Shown: positions 11,256 through 24,546, counted from the first letter of the stretch. The stretch is DNA of 64,000 nt from Mytilus californianus (GCF_021869535.1 NW_026262604.1:3224001-3288000), one strand, 5' to 3'. Program-made: numbers and translations. Notes: generated from the sequence alone by a model not told the origin.

Positions 11256-12926
11256 ATGACTCAGTCCGAAAAGTTCTGCAAGCCATGTTCGAGAAGTGGA
11301 AGGTCATCCGTTGCTGTAAAACACTGTCATGACTGTGCAGAAACGTTGTGTTCGGATTGCTTCCAAGCCCATGATACGTTCAAACCTCTTCTCACTCACC
11401 ACGTCACTGTCCTTGGTGATACTTGGGTACATGCGTCTTTGAGAAGTAAATTATGTACAGAACATCCGGGTTCCAAAGTGGAATATTACTGTAACTCGCA
11501 TGCGTGCCTTTGCTGCAAGTCATGCATAGGAGTCGGACATAACAGTTGTAGCAAAGTAAAGCCGATCGATATTGCTTCAAAAGGCGTGAAAAAATCAGCA
11601 GAGTTTAATGATTTTGTAAAGTCAATTGGCATCATGAGGAAAACGGTAAGCCAGCTAAAGGAGAAAACGCACCAAAATAAAGAAGATCTTTGTGACAACA
11701 AGGCTAAAATCAAGAAACGGATTCGAAAATACAAATCAAACGTTCTCAAACACATTGATAATATCGAAACAGAACTGATAGCGGAAGTAGACTCCGTGTT
11801 TTCATCTATAATATCGAAAGCCGAGAATGAGGTAAATATAATTGATCAACAAACAGAGCACGTTAACGAAATGTGCAATCAGTATGAATTTCTTGAAAAG
11901 AATGGAACAGAAAGCGATCTATTTGTAGTTCTAAATTCTAATTCGAAAAGTATTGCGAAAAGTCTAGAGGATCTCAAAGTAGCTTTGAAATCACGTGAAC
12001 AAACGGAAGTCTCCTTTCAAAAGTCAAATTTGCTGTCTGTAATTAACTCCCTTGGAACAATAACTGTTGATACTATAAATGAAGATGGTTGTTATACTAA
12101 TGAAAGTGGTTTTGCCACCGACACTGTTAGAAAGCGCCGTCAAAACTACATGCCTACGAGATTTAAGTTGGATAAAACATTTATGGTAAGTGACAACAAT
12201 GACGACATTGAAGTAACTGGAATTGGAGTAACACGAAATGACAGTTTAATTCTCTGTAACAAGCATAGTGCCAAGTTGATGATTTATTCAAGTAAAATTA
12301 AGTATCTCTGCGAACTACCACTTGCAGGGAAGCCATGGGATATAACCGTCGTACCGGATTCGGACGAAGCATGGGTTACAATCCCGGAAAGCAGTTGTAT
12401 TCAGCATGTAGATGCAGATTCCTCAAATGTCGATCCACCAATTAAAGTTCCTAAGTGTTATGGAATAACTTTGGTAGAAGATAATATTGCATTGGGGCGA
12501 TGGGGCGAGGTTGTCATTGTTAACAAGGACGGGATTCGTGTCAAACAACTGGAATTTGGAAAGGGAATAATACACAGCCTCTCTTCTGGTATCAATGGGA
12601 CAATCTACTGCTGTGAGGGTGAAGATGGGATGTTCCGATGTATCAGACTCCTAGATGGAAAAGTCATGTTTACGTATAATTCCGAGAATTTTCGATGGCC
12701 AGTTAACATGGCGACTGATGTGCAGGATAATATATATCTGCTCGGAATGAAGTCGCATAACCTTCATCGCCTGCTACCAAAAGGAACGTTTCATAAAGAA
12801 ATGTTGACAGAGAGTGACGAACTTAACTTCCCGCGATGCATTGCGTTTAATAAAAACTATTCGAAATTGTACATATCAAATGATCTGGGAAAATCTATTT
12901 CTGTTTTCTCTTGTAAATATATTTGA
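11256..12926 (+). CDS. RING-less TRIM-like protein: B-box1, B-box2, coiled coil, NHL-type beta-propeller (556 aa, single coding exon)
   Basis: CKPC...CHDC...CSDCFQAH...H (B-box1) and CTEH...CNSH...CCKSC...H..C (B-box2), a heptad-rich middle, and C-terminal PWDITV/CYGITL/WPVNMATD/FPRCIAF propeller blades. An acceptor TATTTCAG at 11249 makes ATG 11256 more likely than 11229. AATAAA at 12950. Confidence 0.9.
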   Translation: MTQSEKFCKPCSRSGRSSVAVKHCHDCAETLCSDCFQAHDTFKPLLTHHVTVLGDTWVHASLRSKLCTEHPGSKVEYYCNSHACLCCKSCIGVGHNSCSKVKPIDIASKGVKKSAEFNDFVKSIGIMRKTVSQLKEKTHQNKEDLCDNKAKIKKRIRKYKSNVLKHIDNIETELIAEVDSVFSSIISKAENEVNIIDQQTEHVNEMCNQYEFLEKNGTESDLFVVLNSNSKSIAKSLEDLKVALKSREQTEVSFQKSNLLSVINSLGTITVDTINEDGCYTNESGFATDTVRKRRQNYMPTRFKLDKTFMVSDNNDDIEVTGIGVTRNDSLILCNKHSAKLMIYSSKIKYLCELPLAGKPWDITVVPDSDEAWVTIPESSCIQHVDADSSNVDPPIKVPKCYGITLVEDNIALGRWGEVVIVNKDGIRVKQLEFGKGIIHSLSSGINGTIYCCEGEDGMFRCIRLLDGKVMFTYNSENFRWPVNMATDVQDNIYLLGMKSHNLHRLLPKGTFHKEMLTESDELNFPRCIAFNKNYSKLYISNDLGKSISVFSCKYI

Positions 12927-13094
12927 AATTTTTCTCAGCAAGATCTTTAAATAAATGTTGTGAAATAATCGTACATGTAGACGTATCTCCTCCGCTTTCA
13001 AGATGTCTTTAACCTAATAATATTGACCAGTTCTTTTATACCCCAGCCGCAGCGTCAGCTGTTGCAATTACTTCTTAAATTCATTTTACTATTG

Positions 13095-13320
13095 GTTCGA
13101 TAGAGAGGCGAATGATATGAAAGGGACATTCAAACTCATATATTAGTCGAAAAATAAACTGAAAACGCCATGGTTAAAAACCAAAAAGACAAACAGACAA
13201 ACAACAGTATACAAAACACATCAGAGAAAACCAAAGTCTGAGCAACACGAACCCCACCAAATCCGGGGTGGATCTCAGTTACTCCGGAAGGGTAAGCAGA
13301 AACCTGCTCCAAAACTTGTA
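13095..13320 (+). repeat. Dispersed repeat family H
   Basis: The block (AAAGGGACATTCAAACTC...GACAAACAGACAAAC...GCAACACGAACCCCAC...CTGCTCC) recurs in part at about 28040-28160, 37510-37740, 38790-38950 (-), 50150-50450 (-) and 23080-23220 (-). Confidence 0.6.
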
Positions 13321-13992
13321 ATGAACTTAATATAAGATTACACAAGCACTATTTACAGAATAGGTTTATTTGTAGAGTTTTAAGTATGAGAATTTACGTC
13401 GGATCCACAGTTGGATCATATCGATGAGTCAGACTTAGAAATAGTATTTAATGTTTCGCGTTTAAAAATTTAAACATATTAACCAGAATGAGCAATAACA
13501 AGTCGAATACCGTTACCTTATTCACCACTAGAACGTCAAAAACGGTGGCTAAGTTGTTCATCGATCTAAAACATGGCACAGTCCGATGTTGCTAACCTGC
13601 AGATTATGAAAAAAATTGTCTTTACGATCATCAATATTTCTGGCTCAAGTATCCCGAAGTTCACGTATTTCATTATAATACTATGATTTTCTTGCAAATT
13701 TCTTAAGATTTCAACTTGACATTAAGATGATTCCAGTTAATAGTTTCAACTTTAAAAATGTGTACATGTGTTATTCATTTTCAATTTAAAGTAAAGGGTT
13801 TTGTAAATTGTTGACGCAAGACATATTCTTGTTAAAGAATTTCAATTTCGATTTTGATGGGTTTTAAAAAGGCGTTTTATATTCAAACGATTTCAGTTTA
13901 AACTAGTGTATACGTATTATAACCATGTATTGTACCATTTGGAAATATATTTGATTTACGAATCTATAAACATGGTTTCCTGACAGCGATTT

Positions 13993-14492
13993 TCAGGTAA
14001 GAAATCGAACTTTGACTTTGAATAATGTAAAAACCACACAAACATTCTTTGTCCTAATATCTGCCGTGCAGCAATCACCTTTACTGTTTATTAATATCAA
14101 ATTTCCACTGTAAGATATTGACAGCTGTATATATCCTTGACAATCATCATTTTCCCATTTTTTTGTGAGATAAACACCTGAATATTCCGTGATTTCAATT
14201 GCAGTTAAATCCGGTTTCGATTCCGATATTAATATTTTCAAGTAAAATAAATTTGGTTTTCTACGCCCTCTGGCAATAGGTTGACAATTGAATGTTATAA
14301 TTTCTCCTCGATGAATCGGTCGGTTCAAAGTACATGATGTCCATGGGTTTTGATGGATCAAGCTAATTTTTGTAGGAGAGAAAAACAGCATTTTAACCAA
14401 ATCACTAGTAATGGCGTCACTTCCGTTTGTTGATATGACGTTAACATCCATGTTCTCATGAATTTTATAATCTTTAAAACCACCAATATTCA
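13993..14492 (-). CDS. Neuralized-homology (NHR)-like domain protein, terminal exon 3
   Basis: Acceptor CTATCTTTTCCAG| at 14493, phase 1. The TLNRPIHRGEIITF motif resembles NHR FSNRPL..GE. Ends at TGA 13993-13995. Confidence 0.75.
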
Positions 14493-14934
14493 CTGGAAAA
14501 GATAGAATTGAATTAAACTGTTTATATATTCACCAAAGTTTTATTGTTAAAGCAAATGTAAATAGTATTCCAGATTCTGTCCAACCTAAACATGCCATGA
14601 ATAATGTGCAATGTTAAGCAAACGGCAATCAATCAATCAATTTTTCCCAAAAAATCTTGTTGGAAATGCGATCTTATGCAGTGCAAAATTCAGCTGGAAG
14701 ATTTTTAAACAAACCTGATAAATAATTGCAAATGCCGAAATATTGATTACTTTGAGTAGAAATCTAGTGTTGGTTTTCTTCATTGTTGAAGGCCGTACCT
14801 GTAACAGCTGACATCATTTGCGTCATTAGTCTCTGGTGATGATCGTCTCTTTGAAAATCATACCAATTCTTCCTGATAGATACAGACGACACACCGAGGT
14901 GTCAAAAAATATTATGAATTATAATATTTCTTAC

Positions 14935-15360
14935 CTATTTCAACAGAAACTGTGCCATAAACTATTTCAAAGACAATCCAAGCGCCTCTATTTCTTTTCA
15001 CGTTTGCAAAGCGCTTGCCTGTAGTAACTGAGCGTAAAGTCAGTGTATCGCCATCTTGTCTTTTACCTCGCATGATCGTAACAAATATCGGTGAAACGTT
15101 TGAGAGTGTAATACTACTTATTTGTGAAATAAGATCAGCTCCATGCACATGTTTTCTTAGGTTACCCAAGAAAATCGGGTCGATCTGAATTACGCCAAAC
15201 CGTATCTCACCACTTCCAAACAATTGGACAGTGATTTTATCGCCCTGGTTGACAGGCAAGTTTGTAAATGCCACACCACCCGCATAAACTGGCGCCCACG
15301 TCACTGCTAAGCCATTGTCAACGACTGTCAAATTTTTACCGTGTTCTTCAAACTTAATTT
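14935..15360 (-). CDS. NHR-like domain protein, exon 2
   Basis: Acceptor ATAATTTTAG| at 15361, donor ATAG|GTAAGA at 14934; 426 nt, phase 1-1. FEEHGKNLTVVDNG...GGVAFTNLPVNQGDKI...GEIRFGVIQIDP matches the NHR pattern F...HG.NI...GIVF.NRP...GE...LRLG....DP. Confidence 0.85.
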
Positions 15361-16444
15361 CTAAAATTATACATAAACATACTACTAAATTAAATTTTGA
15401 TGAATTTATGTGATGTCACATATTTGTCTTTTTAAACATTGCATCCTGTTTTGTATCAACTATACCAGTACTTTTGTTAATAAAAATGTGATTGTCGTAG
15501 AATCCGGATTCCGAATTGGACCTAGCTTTTTTAAGTTTCTTCTCGATGCGCAACTACCATATGTGTTGACTTAAAAATGTGGACATTGTATCGATCTGAT
15601 GAGTTGAGCCCTTTTCAACTGATTTTTATATTTTTTTTTATGTTGTACTGTTACACCACTATCCCAGGTTAGGCGGAGGGTTTAGCGCCTACAAACTAGT
15701 TTAACCCCGCCACCTTCTGTATGTGCCTGTGCCAATTCACTAGCCTGTAATTCGGTGGTTGTGCATGTAGTTTATTTCTGAATATCATACTTGTTTTTCA
15801 TTCACTGTTTTGTACATAAATCAGGTCGTTCGTTTTCTCGTTGGAATTGTTTTACATCTGATATTTCAGTGCCTTTTATAGATGACTATGCGGTATGGGG
15901 TTTCTCATTGTTGAAGACCGTATGGTTATCTATAGTTAATAAATTTTGTCTCATTTGGTCTCTGGTGGAGAGTTGTTTTATTGGCAATTATATCACATCT
16001 TCTTATTTTCAACAACAACAAAAGTTCCAAACAATAATACTCCTTGACATTTATTTTTAATCACAAAGCATAAAATATATTTGAATAAAATAAACTTAAA
16101 TAAAGTAAACTTGACGTTAAGACGTCCATAGTTAGTAACCAGATAATCCAGAGGAGTAAACGACTCGTAGTCTATTTACACAACTGTACGGCTCCTGCGG
16201 GTGAAGACCCGGTTACGAGTTACAAAGAAAGAACCACAGAGCGGGTATACAAAAAGTGAACAAAATGCAGATGCACTCCAGGAAAGCAGTTCAAGTTATT
16301 TCAAACATTTAAGTCATTTTTACTGTTGACTGTTTAATTGTTAAGAATTACAGTCTATCATTCAAATTTTGTCAGATGAATGAGTTAACTTTTCATTAAA
16401 ATGATAATGTGCATCGTAATATTTTATATAAATTTCAAATTTAC

Positions 16445-16460
16445 CTTTTGTTGAAACCAT
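16445..16460 (-). CDS. NHR-like domain protein, short first coding exon (MVSTK|E)
   Basis: AAAAATGGTTTCAACAAAAG|GTAAAT: good start context and a strong phase-1 donor. Total CDS 16+426+500 = 942 nt = 313 aa plus stop. Confidence 0.6.
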
Positions 16461-16932
16461 TTTTAAATTCAAACTTCCATTTAAAGTTTCATGTCGATAA
16501 ACGATTCATTAATTCAGAATAACGTGTTAAGTGATCCTATCATAGAAAACAATAGAGTTACTCATTTATTAAGATTAATATTGTAACAGTTACATGTACA
16601 CTTTGGAATGAGATAAAGACATGTGAAGACAGATGTATATAGTACTTGTAAATGTATACAGTAAATTGGAACTTCTTGACAGGTCAACCTATTTCAAAGT
16701 TATATTTGAACGAATTCTTTTTGGGTCAACCTATAAATATATATGGACCTTCAGTTGAGAATGGGAATGGATTTACGTTAAACGTTCAGGGGCAAACAAT
16801 ACATGCATATTAGGACCAGAACATGTCAATACGATATGAGTATGAACTCTGTTTGTTTGTACTTGACCGTTACACTGAGTCGGATTTTAACGTGCTAGTA
16901 CTCATATTATCAGTACACATGTAGACAGTATG

Positions 16933-17190
16933 TTGATCGATTGATTGGTGTTTAACGCCACTTTCAACACTATTGTGCTATTTCGCTGCAATCAGTTTTT
17001 ATTGGGGGAGAACGCCGGAGTGCCCAGAGAGAATCACAGTCCTTCGGTAGGAAAAGTGACAACCCTATTCAATAAGAATTGGAGTCGAGCGCACCTACCA
17101 CGTGCTGGAATCGAACTCACAACCTCAGTGTTGACTGGCTAGTGATACAGTAGTTCGACTACCTAGACCACTCGGCAACCGAGGCCCCCC
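16933..17190 (-). mobile_element. tRNA-derived SINE (same family as 4048-4291)
   Basis: A box TTGCCGAGTGG, B box GTTCGATTCC, same core sequence, (ATCA)n tail. Confidence 0.85.
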
Positions 17191-17375
17191 GACATTATTT
17201 CGACTCTGAGAAGACCATTCTTTGCTCTTACTCCTCGCTGCTTAAATTAGGTGTGTTTAGCGGAGAAGAAGCGAATGTAAATTTCCAAGTCTTAGGTTTG
17301 ACACGGCAGTGGTTGAGCCGACGAATCGAACGCACTCGATGCAAGAAGGTATCACTAGATCAACAAAGCGGTTGT

Positions 17376-17602
17376 GAGGCCCCTCATGGGGGTGTCCAAG
17401 TAATCACATAATCAAAAAATGTTTGCCAAAATAATCACATAATCATTAATTATTTTTTTAAACAAGATAAATCAAATAGTCAAAAATGCAATCCTAGATT
17501 ATCAAGTAATCAAATAATCATGAAATGTTTGGTCTGGTAATCAAATAATCACTATAAAAACGACCAAGTAATCACATTATCAAAAACCCCATGAGGAGGC
17601 TC
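17376..17602. mobile_element. MITE with short TIRs and internal AATCA(A/C)ATAATCA repeats
   Basis: GGCCCCTCATGGGGGT ... ACCCCATGAGGAGGC; second copy at 56594-56807. Confidence 0.7.
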
Positions 17603-18882
17603 GGTTGTCTTTGATTGATATCAGTTGTCAAATAAACTCATCCATCACGCTGACAAATTTTAGTTTAATCCATCGCCTGCCAACAAATGTGAGGAAAACA
17701 TCAATGATACAGAAATCAAACGTATTAAAAATATAAAAGACGACTTCAGTAGAATGTCTTCAATTGTAAAAAAAAAGTATGATAAGCACTAAGACTCTAT
17801 AAAAAAAATGTTGTAAGACTGGTGTCTAACTACGATTTCTGCAAAGGACAATATATTGGCATATATTTCTTAAAGATCCTATTATAATGAGCATGTGTAC
17901 TTATTTTCAAGATTTTGTCACCACAATTTACGGTTAACTGCCATGAACTAAAACTTGTATCCGAAGCTAACCGTGCAAAACGGACGGACGAACGGACGAA
18001 TGTAGACACTGGAAAAATAATGTCCGCCTCTCACTATCAAAGGCTGGGCATACACACATTCAGAGTATCATATATCATGTTTTATAATGTATAAATATTG
18101 ATTGTACTTGTTTGAGAGATGAGACTTTAATAAAACATTGAATTGAATTGAATTATAAAACTATAAAATCAATGATGAGACAGACATAAACACATGTTGA
18201 TAGGTTTAACTGGTTTTTTTTAGCACTCCCTTTTTTGGAGAATAATAAAAGAAAATACCACACCAAAGAACAATTGAAACCTAACTGTTTGCCAATTCCA
18301 TAATTGAATCTGAAATGTTGTTTCCATTTCGAGGGACATAAAATTACACTGACAACAAAGAGCTACCGGAAAGAGCATATCTAATTTATTTGTGTGACCT
18401 TTAAGTTTTTCAAATCTTTTTAATTAATTGATCCAGCCTTTAATTGGCAAGGGGAAACAATTAGTGATAAACATGTTCAAATTGGACTATTGGTTAGTAT
18501 AAAATCCTGTCCTTTTACAGTCTAATATTGGCTGCTGTACTTAGATATATAATTCATGCATCAACGTTTTTAACATCAAGATTAGGAACACAAACACGTA
18601 TGCAGATATGCAATTGGGAAGTTTATCCATACACCGTGATTCATATAGCAAGCAGTAATGGAACAAATCTGAGGGATAGAGATAGTCTCCATTGAATTAC
18701 CAATCTGATTAGGGTGTACTCTATATCCAAAATGATTAAAAATATAAGCATGCACAAACGATATGGCTTTAATCATTTCTGACCATAAAAAGGATTTTAA
18801 ATTCAATTTTCAGTTACAGTAATTTTTAATTTTTGTATATATAATAACATTTGAAGAGAAAACTATATTCAGATAAAAAATA

Positions 18883-19964
18883 TCACATAAAATCTATCGT
18901 TTCTTCAGTAATCTGACCAGAATGTTTGTCTCTGTACCGTACGATAATTTCCGTTCCTCCAGTTTCCATATCAATAAAACCTTCCGCATTTTCCGGCCAT
19001 TTACCGTTTGGCGGATTAACAGTGATTTTTCCTCTGAGGGAACAACCAGCGTCCGTGATATATTTAGGATCTTCGTCTTGTGAAGCATAAACTTCGATAA
19101 TCTTCGGATGTTTTCGTAGCTCTTTGTTTGTATGAAGATCTTGTATTGCCACTGTACGTGTTTGTCCAAGTTTAATGATTTCATTTATTGAAAACATTTT
19201 TTGAAAACTTTTATCTGCTCGCAATTGTCCATCAATTTTAAACGTTTTCTTTTCCGTTTGACCTTCTGGTACATATGGACGACGGAGTGTGAGGCCTAAC
19301 GTTTCACGACAGACTCGGCCAGTAACTATGGCTGGTTCGTGACCAAATATAACTGATCCTTTTAAAACTGCCAATGATGTCGCCACGGGCGACACAACAT
19401 CTCTTATAACGGGAAAGGCGTCAACAATTGCTTCCCGGATAACAGGAGCATCGGAAAATCCACCAACTAATATCATAGCAGACGGCCATGCACATCCTCT
19501 TTTCAAAAAGCTTTCATTAATATGATTGACAATTTTATTTACACAGTCTTGGAAAAATCTTTTGAATATTGCTAGGTCAAATCGCAATTTGTCACCTGTT
19601 ATTCTTACTAAACCTTTATATTTGTCTTGTAATTCATCTTTTATGTCTTTTCCTCGCTTACTTTTAAAAATATGACGAAGGTCGCCCCCAAATCTGATTC
19701 CGACACCGGTTTTCGTACCTGAAGTTGAAAGTGTTTTCTTCTGCACTTCAAAGTCTCTCATCATCTCCAAATATTGGGAAAGATAATCTCTTTTAAACTC
19801 ATCCATGACGTCATTTCCGAATACAGATTCTAAGAATTTTTCAAAATTCTTATTGACTTGGTTACCTCCCCAAGCCCCTCCTGTAACTCTGTACACGTGC
19901 TCTATATAGGTAAGTTTCTCTTCACGTTTTATTACTTTGACAACCGTTATATCAGCCGTACCAC
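18883..19964 (-). CDS. HSPA12: HSPA12-type Hsp70, copy A, exon 4 (terminal)
   Basis: Acceptor ATTATCATTTCAG| at 19965, phase 1, completing DLGGGTADIT (phosphate-2). Contains GGAWGG and MILVGGFSDAP (adenosine motif). 1082 nt, the same length as exon 4 of copy B. Confidence 0.9.
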
Positions 19965-20024
19965 CTGAAATGATAATAGTGCTATTCATAAAATGGTACT
20001 ACAAACACAGAAAGTTCATACTAA

Positions 20025-20194
20025 CAGTGGCGGATTCAAGAGGTGTGACGTAGAGTGATTACACCCTCCTTTGGTCGGAATTCTTTTTCGGCATAAAATC
20101 GTTTAAAAAAATTTCGCATCGCTCCGCTCAGCAGTTTATATCATTATGAATTACGCGCCCTCTTTCGCTTTCAAAAATCCTGTATTCGCTTCTG
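20025..20194. mobile_element. Small GC-rich MITE family (CAGTGGCGGATCC...GGATCCGCCACTG type)
   Basis: Terminal inverted motif. Related copies at about 22597-22800, 23318-23495, 30227-30412, 30639-30760, 53391-53549 and 56188-56340, often with poly-G/poly-C interiors. Confidence 0.65.
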
Positions 20195-21626
20195 ACAAAG
20201 TACTAATTACAGAACCGTACGTGTCACTGTGCATTTATCTTATTAATAGACAAAATCTTCTACCGAACTATGATCAACTATAGTTAGTTTTAATCTGGTT
20301 CTACATTTGGCCGATGACTGAAATAGTTCGGAACCTATAACATTTTGTATATTAATTAAAGATACTATAATTTGCTAAATATTTCGACAAAACATTAGAA
20401 TGCAACTATCCGTGGGTAGCTGTTTTAGTCTGTGGTCTTTAATGGATAGTTTTTTAAATGGCAAACATACCACACCTCTTCATTTTCATATAAGCGTGCC
20501 GTTTGAGTAAAAACTCCTCAAAGATACCAGACTCATCAGTGCGCTTGATTCAAATCAGATGGAGAGCCAACTCAAATACGAAGTTGCAGAGTATAAAAGT
20601 TTTAAACATAGTGTAAACTCGTAAACATGTTATCGTCCTGAATATATGCTTTGCCATTGAACGTTGTTTTTCTTTCACGCGGAACATGTTTCAATACGAT
20701 AACTATGATCGGTGCTATGAACTTTTAATTTTAAAGTTTTATCTTCCACATTACTTCTTCAAACGTTTAACATATAAACATCTTCAAAGTTGACGAGTAA
20801 AGCTTTCGTTGGATATACTAAAAGTATTTGATATGGCTTGAGGCAGACAAGCCAGATGCACCTAGAGGAGCAGGGACTTCCTTCTATACAGGGGGTTTTC
20901 CTGGGTTGAAACTATTTTTTTTTATGTGAACGTTTAATGGTGTTACGGGGGTTGGAACCCCATTTTTCCGCGCCATGTCTGTCTTTTCACGATTGCTATT
21001 GTGACTGATTGTCATTCATCGACAACTGTTGGTTTTTTTATTGTACTTCCATCTTCTCGCTTTTTGTATCATTGGGAACACTGTCAGTAAATCTTGAAAT
21101 ATAGGCAAGTTTACAATTCTTTTTCCATGGATGAGTTCTCTTTTATTGTCATTATTCCCCATTTATTGACCAACCAAGTGACAGACAAATGTCGCACAAT
21201 TTTCCAAATGTTAAGCTCAGGATTGACTGGAAAGGGTCAAAGGTTGATCGAATTCTAAACACAAGTTATTCTATATAGAAATTAAAAATAATTACCGAAT
21301 CTACATAAAAACTAGATAACAACGATACTAGAGGGGTCGTAGGACGGGTTGTCATCACGAATTCCTGAGAAAAAAAGTACTTTTTTCGGATTCCGCAAAA
21401 AAAATAATCATTAATTCTCGAGTCTTGATAGATGTAGGTTGGTTTCCTCCGTAAAATATTCAGTGTGCCTTCGGAATATACAAATGTTGTCAAGATTGTC
21501 AATAATGGTCGGGTACCAGTCTATGATAGATGTAAATCCCAAATTTCCGCGCAAATTTAGACCCAATACCGAATTCCCGCAAAAATTAAAGCCCATCCCG
21601 ACGTTCCGCCCCCTTATACTACTTAC

Positions 21627-21765
21627 CACCCAGATCTACTATCATAAGTCTTCGTTTTTCCTGGAAATATTTAGCAATTCCTTGGTCATCGGGTAACAGA
21701 CTACAAAACAAGGCAGCAGCTTCCGGTTCATATGCTAGCATCATCTGGGAACTTTTTATACCTGC
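21627..21765 (-). CDS. HSPA12: HSPA12-type Hsp70, copy A, exon 3
   Basis: Acceptor TTCTACTCTCAG| at 21766, donor GGTG|GTAAGT at 21626; 139 nt. AGIKSSQMMLAYEPEAAALFC...LMIVDLG contains the Hsp70 EPEAAA motif. Confidence 0.9.
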
Positions 21766-24274
21766 CTGAGAGTAGAAAAAGATAGAGTTCTTACTTTCAT
21801 TCATTTGCAAGCATCTTTTGGGAATTTCTTAACCTGTCTGCACAAGGTCATGTTTTCTCTGGCTGTTAATGACGTCTTTACACTACTAATACATACATTG
21901 GATGTTGGATGTGTACTGATTGATATTTTAGTCTTAGATACATGATTTCTTTCGATAGTTGTTATTGGCTTTGAATTATCTGTCAGTATAACTGCGAGTA
22001 CTCTCAGATCTGAATTTAGTGTCTTCTTGTTTTTGGGATGTATAAGTACCCGTCCATGTCCACTCTGTGTTTGGTTTTAGATGTTTTTTCTATTTGTATT
22101 CATCTGATGAGTTAAGCCTTTTTCACCTGATTTTTATAGTTTGTTCCTTTGTTGTACTGTTACATCATTGTCTCAGGTTAGGGGAGGTTTGAGCGCTCAC
22201 AAACATGTTTAACCCTGCAACATTCTTTATGAGCCTGTCCCAAGTCAGTAGCCTGTAGTTCAGTGGTTGTCGTTGAATCATATCTGTCATATCTGTTTTT
22301 CGTACATTGTTTTGTTATAAATTAGTTCGTTAGTTTTCTCAATTGAATTGTTTCATATTTTTCATGTCGGGACCTTTTATAGCCGACTATACGGTATTGG
22401 TTTTTTTCTCACTGTTGAAGGCCGTAAGGTTGCCTATTATTGCGTTCATCCACTTCATTTGAACTTTAGTGGATAGTTGTCTCATTGGCAATCCTAGAAC
22501 ATCTTATTTTTATACTGAGGGTAGACAAAGACACAATTAATCAATAAATTCATTCGTTTATTCGTTCGCTTATTTTTCTTCATTCATTCATTCATTTCAG
22601 GGGCGGATCAAGGATTTTTGAAAGGTGTGGATGTTATTCCATAAAACGTACAATACCGTGTACCGCCAAGGGAATCGAGGCAGGACATTTTTGGACGATT
22701 TTATGCCAAACAAATCATAGTAATCGTGAAAACCCGTTGGTATAATTAATTTTGGACGATCAAATGAGGCGTATGCTCCCCCCTGGCTCCGGCACTGCAT
22801 TTGTTTGGTTTTCCTTCATTCTTACATTGGTGGTTACACTCTATCATTCATTTACTCATTCATTTATTTCTTGTTTATTCATTTATTTGATCATTATGTA
22901 CAGATAATTGTAGCTCAGGAAGGGAATCCAGTTAGTAAATCAACAGATAAAACTAATCGATAACAACTGCCTTTTTTCGTGTAATTGGTAGGTGTGGGTT
23001 AAACTTAGATTCCAGGAAATAAACCATCCTTTCTATAGGTTTAAATGTAGGTTTAATCCAACTCTTTCTACACAAGGAAATGCCTGTACCAAGTCAGGAA
23101 TATGACAGTTGTTTTCCATTCGTTGAATGTGTTTGATCTGTTGATTTTGCCATTTGATAAGGGACTTTCCGATTTGAATTTTCCTTGGAGTTCGGTATTT
23201 TTGTTATTTTACTTTTAATTATATATATAGCTTCTTATGTCTTAGATGATAGGGAAAAACAATATTTTTCTTGACCAAAAAGTGGGAGGAACAATAGTTT
23301 TGCCAACCCTAACCGTTCAGTGGCGGATCCAGAAATTTTCAAAAAGGGGGAGGGGGGCACTGACTGCCTACTAAGAGGGGGCCCGTTCCAGTCATGCTTC
23401 AGTGATTCCCTATATAATCAACCCATTTTTTCCCACAAAAGGGGGGGGGGGCGGGCACCCTTGCCCCCCCCCCCCCCCCCCTTTATCCGCCTCTGGCGGT
23501 TCCTATGCCCCTGAATCTAAGGAATAAGTAAATGCATAAAATGATAACAATATCAATAAAGACCTCACAAACAACCGACACTAAACTTATTAATTTGACC
23601 TATTTTTTGTCTATTCTTCATTATTTTGGCGCCAGCCAGTTTATTCTGCACTTTCTGTCAATTATTCTCTATTCTGAAAACCCCATTCAGACTCTCATTT
23701 ATAGTTTAAATGGTGCCAAAAGTGTAAAATCCAATCATTACCTTCACTATCACACAAGTATACATCACACATTTAGTTTAAGTATCATCTTTTTTTTTAA
23801 TATTTTTTATGATTTAATGACTTCCTTGAACATAGGAAACGCTAGTTTCGACATTACCTAGTACTAAGTATCACAAAAAAGGGAAATGACTCATTGATAC
23901 ATAATTTAAGTTTTGACTTGATAAAGTAATATTAGCCACGCTGTCAATAACAATCATTGTTTATATTTTTGTAGTGTCTGCCCATTGAGGTATTTGATGT
24001 TTTAAAACTAAATTTAATAACCTCGGTTCAACAGTTCGCAATTGGAATCAAATATTTACAGAGTTCTCGAAAAGTGGTGGTCCGAAGGTTTTGTCCACCA
24101 AAATATTGCAAAGAACCGACACACAATTTTGGTATTTTGCAAACGATCTAATTGTGAGGACCTACAGATTTTCTTCAAGGACCACCAGGGGAAAAATGAT
24201 TTTGAGAACTTAGCAAATAAAGATAGAAACATTATAAGTACAATTAATTATCATCAAAGATCTTAATATGTTAA

Positions 24275-24546
24275 AGTGGTACCAAACACCTTGACTAAAA
24301 CAAATTTGGCTCGTTTAATTTTCATAAAATTTTGACAAAATATTTACTTTGACCTTTTGACAAAAATATAAAAAAAAAATCAAAAAATTGAACCACACAC
24401 TTTATCGCAAAAATTTCATTGGATATATAGTAGTTTGACAAACACTAATTTTGATTATTGAAAAGCCTAATATTTCCTTATCAATAGAACGTAACTAAAA
24501 CGTTCAGCTTTTACAGAGTTATCTCCCTGTAGTGATGTATATCACC
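24275..24546. mobile_element. TTAA-target MITE (Kolobok/piggyBac-like)
   Basis: TTAA on both sides (24271-24274, 24547-24550). Inverted copy of the element at 32708-32981. Confidence 0.75.

Noticed and set aside
15360-21627. Chimeric HSPA12-NHR transcript by skipping HSPA12 exon 4 (phases are compatible)
   Set aside because: The NHR gene has its own plausible first exon at 16460-16445 and HSPA12-A has an intact terminal exon. There is no sequence evidence for read-through.
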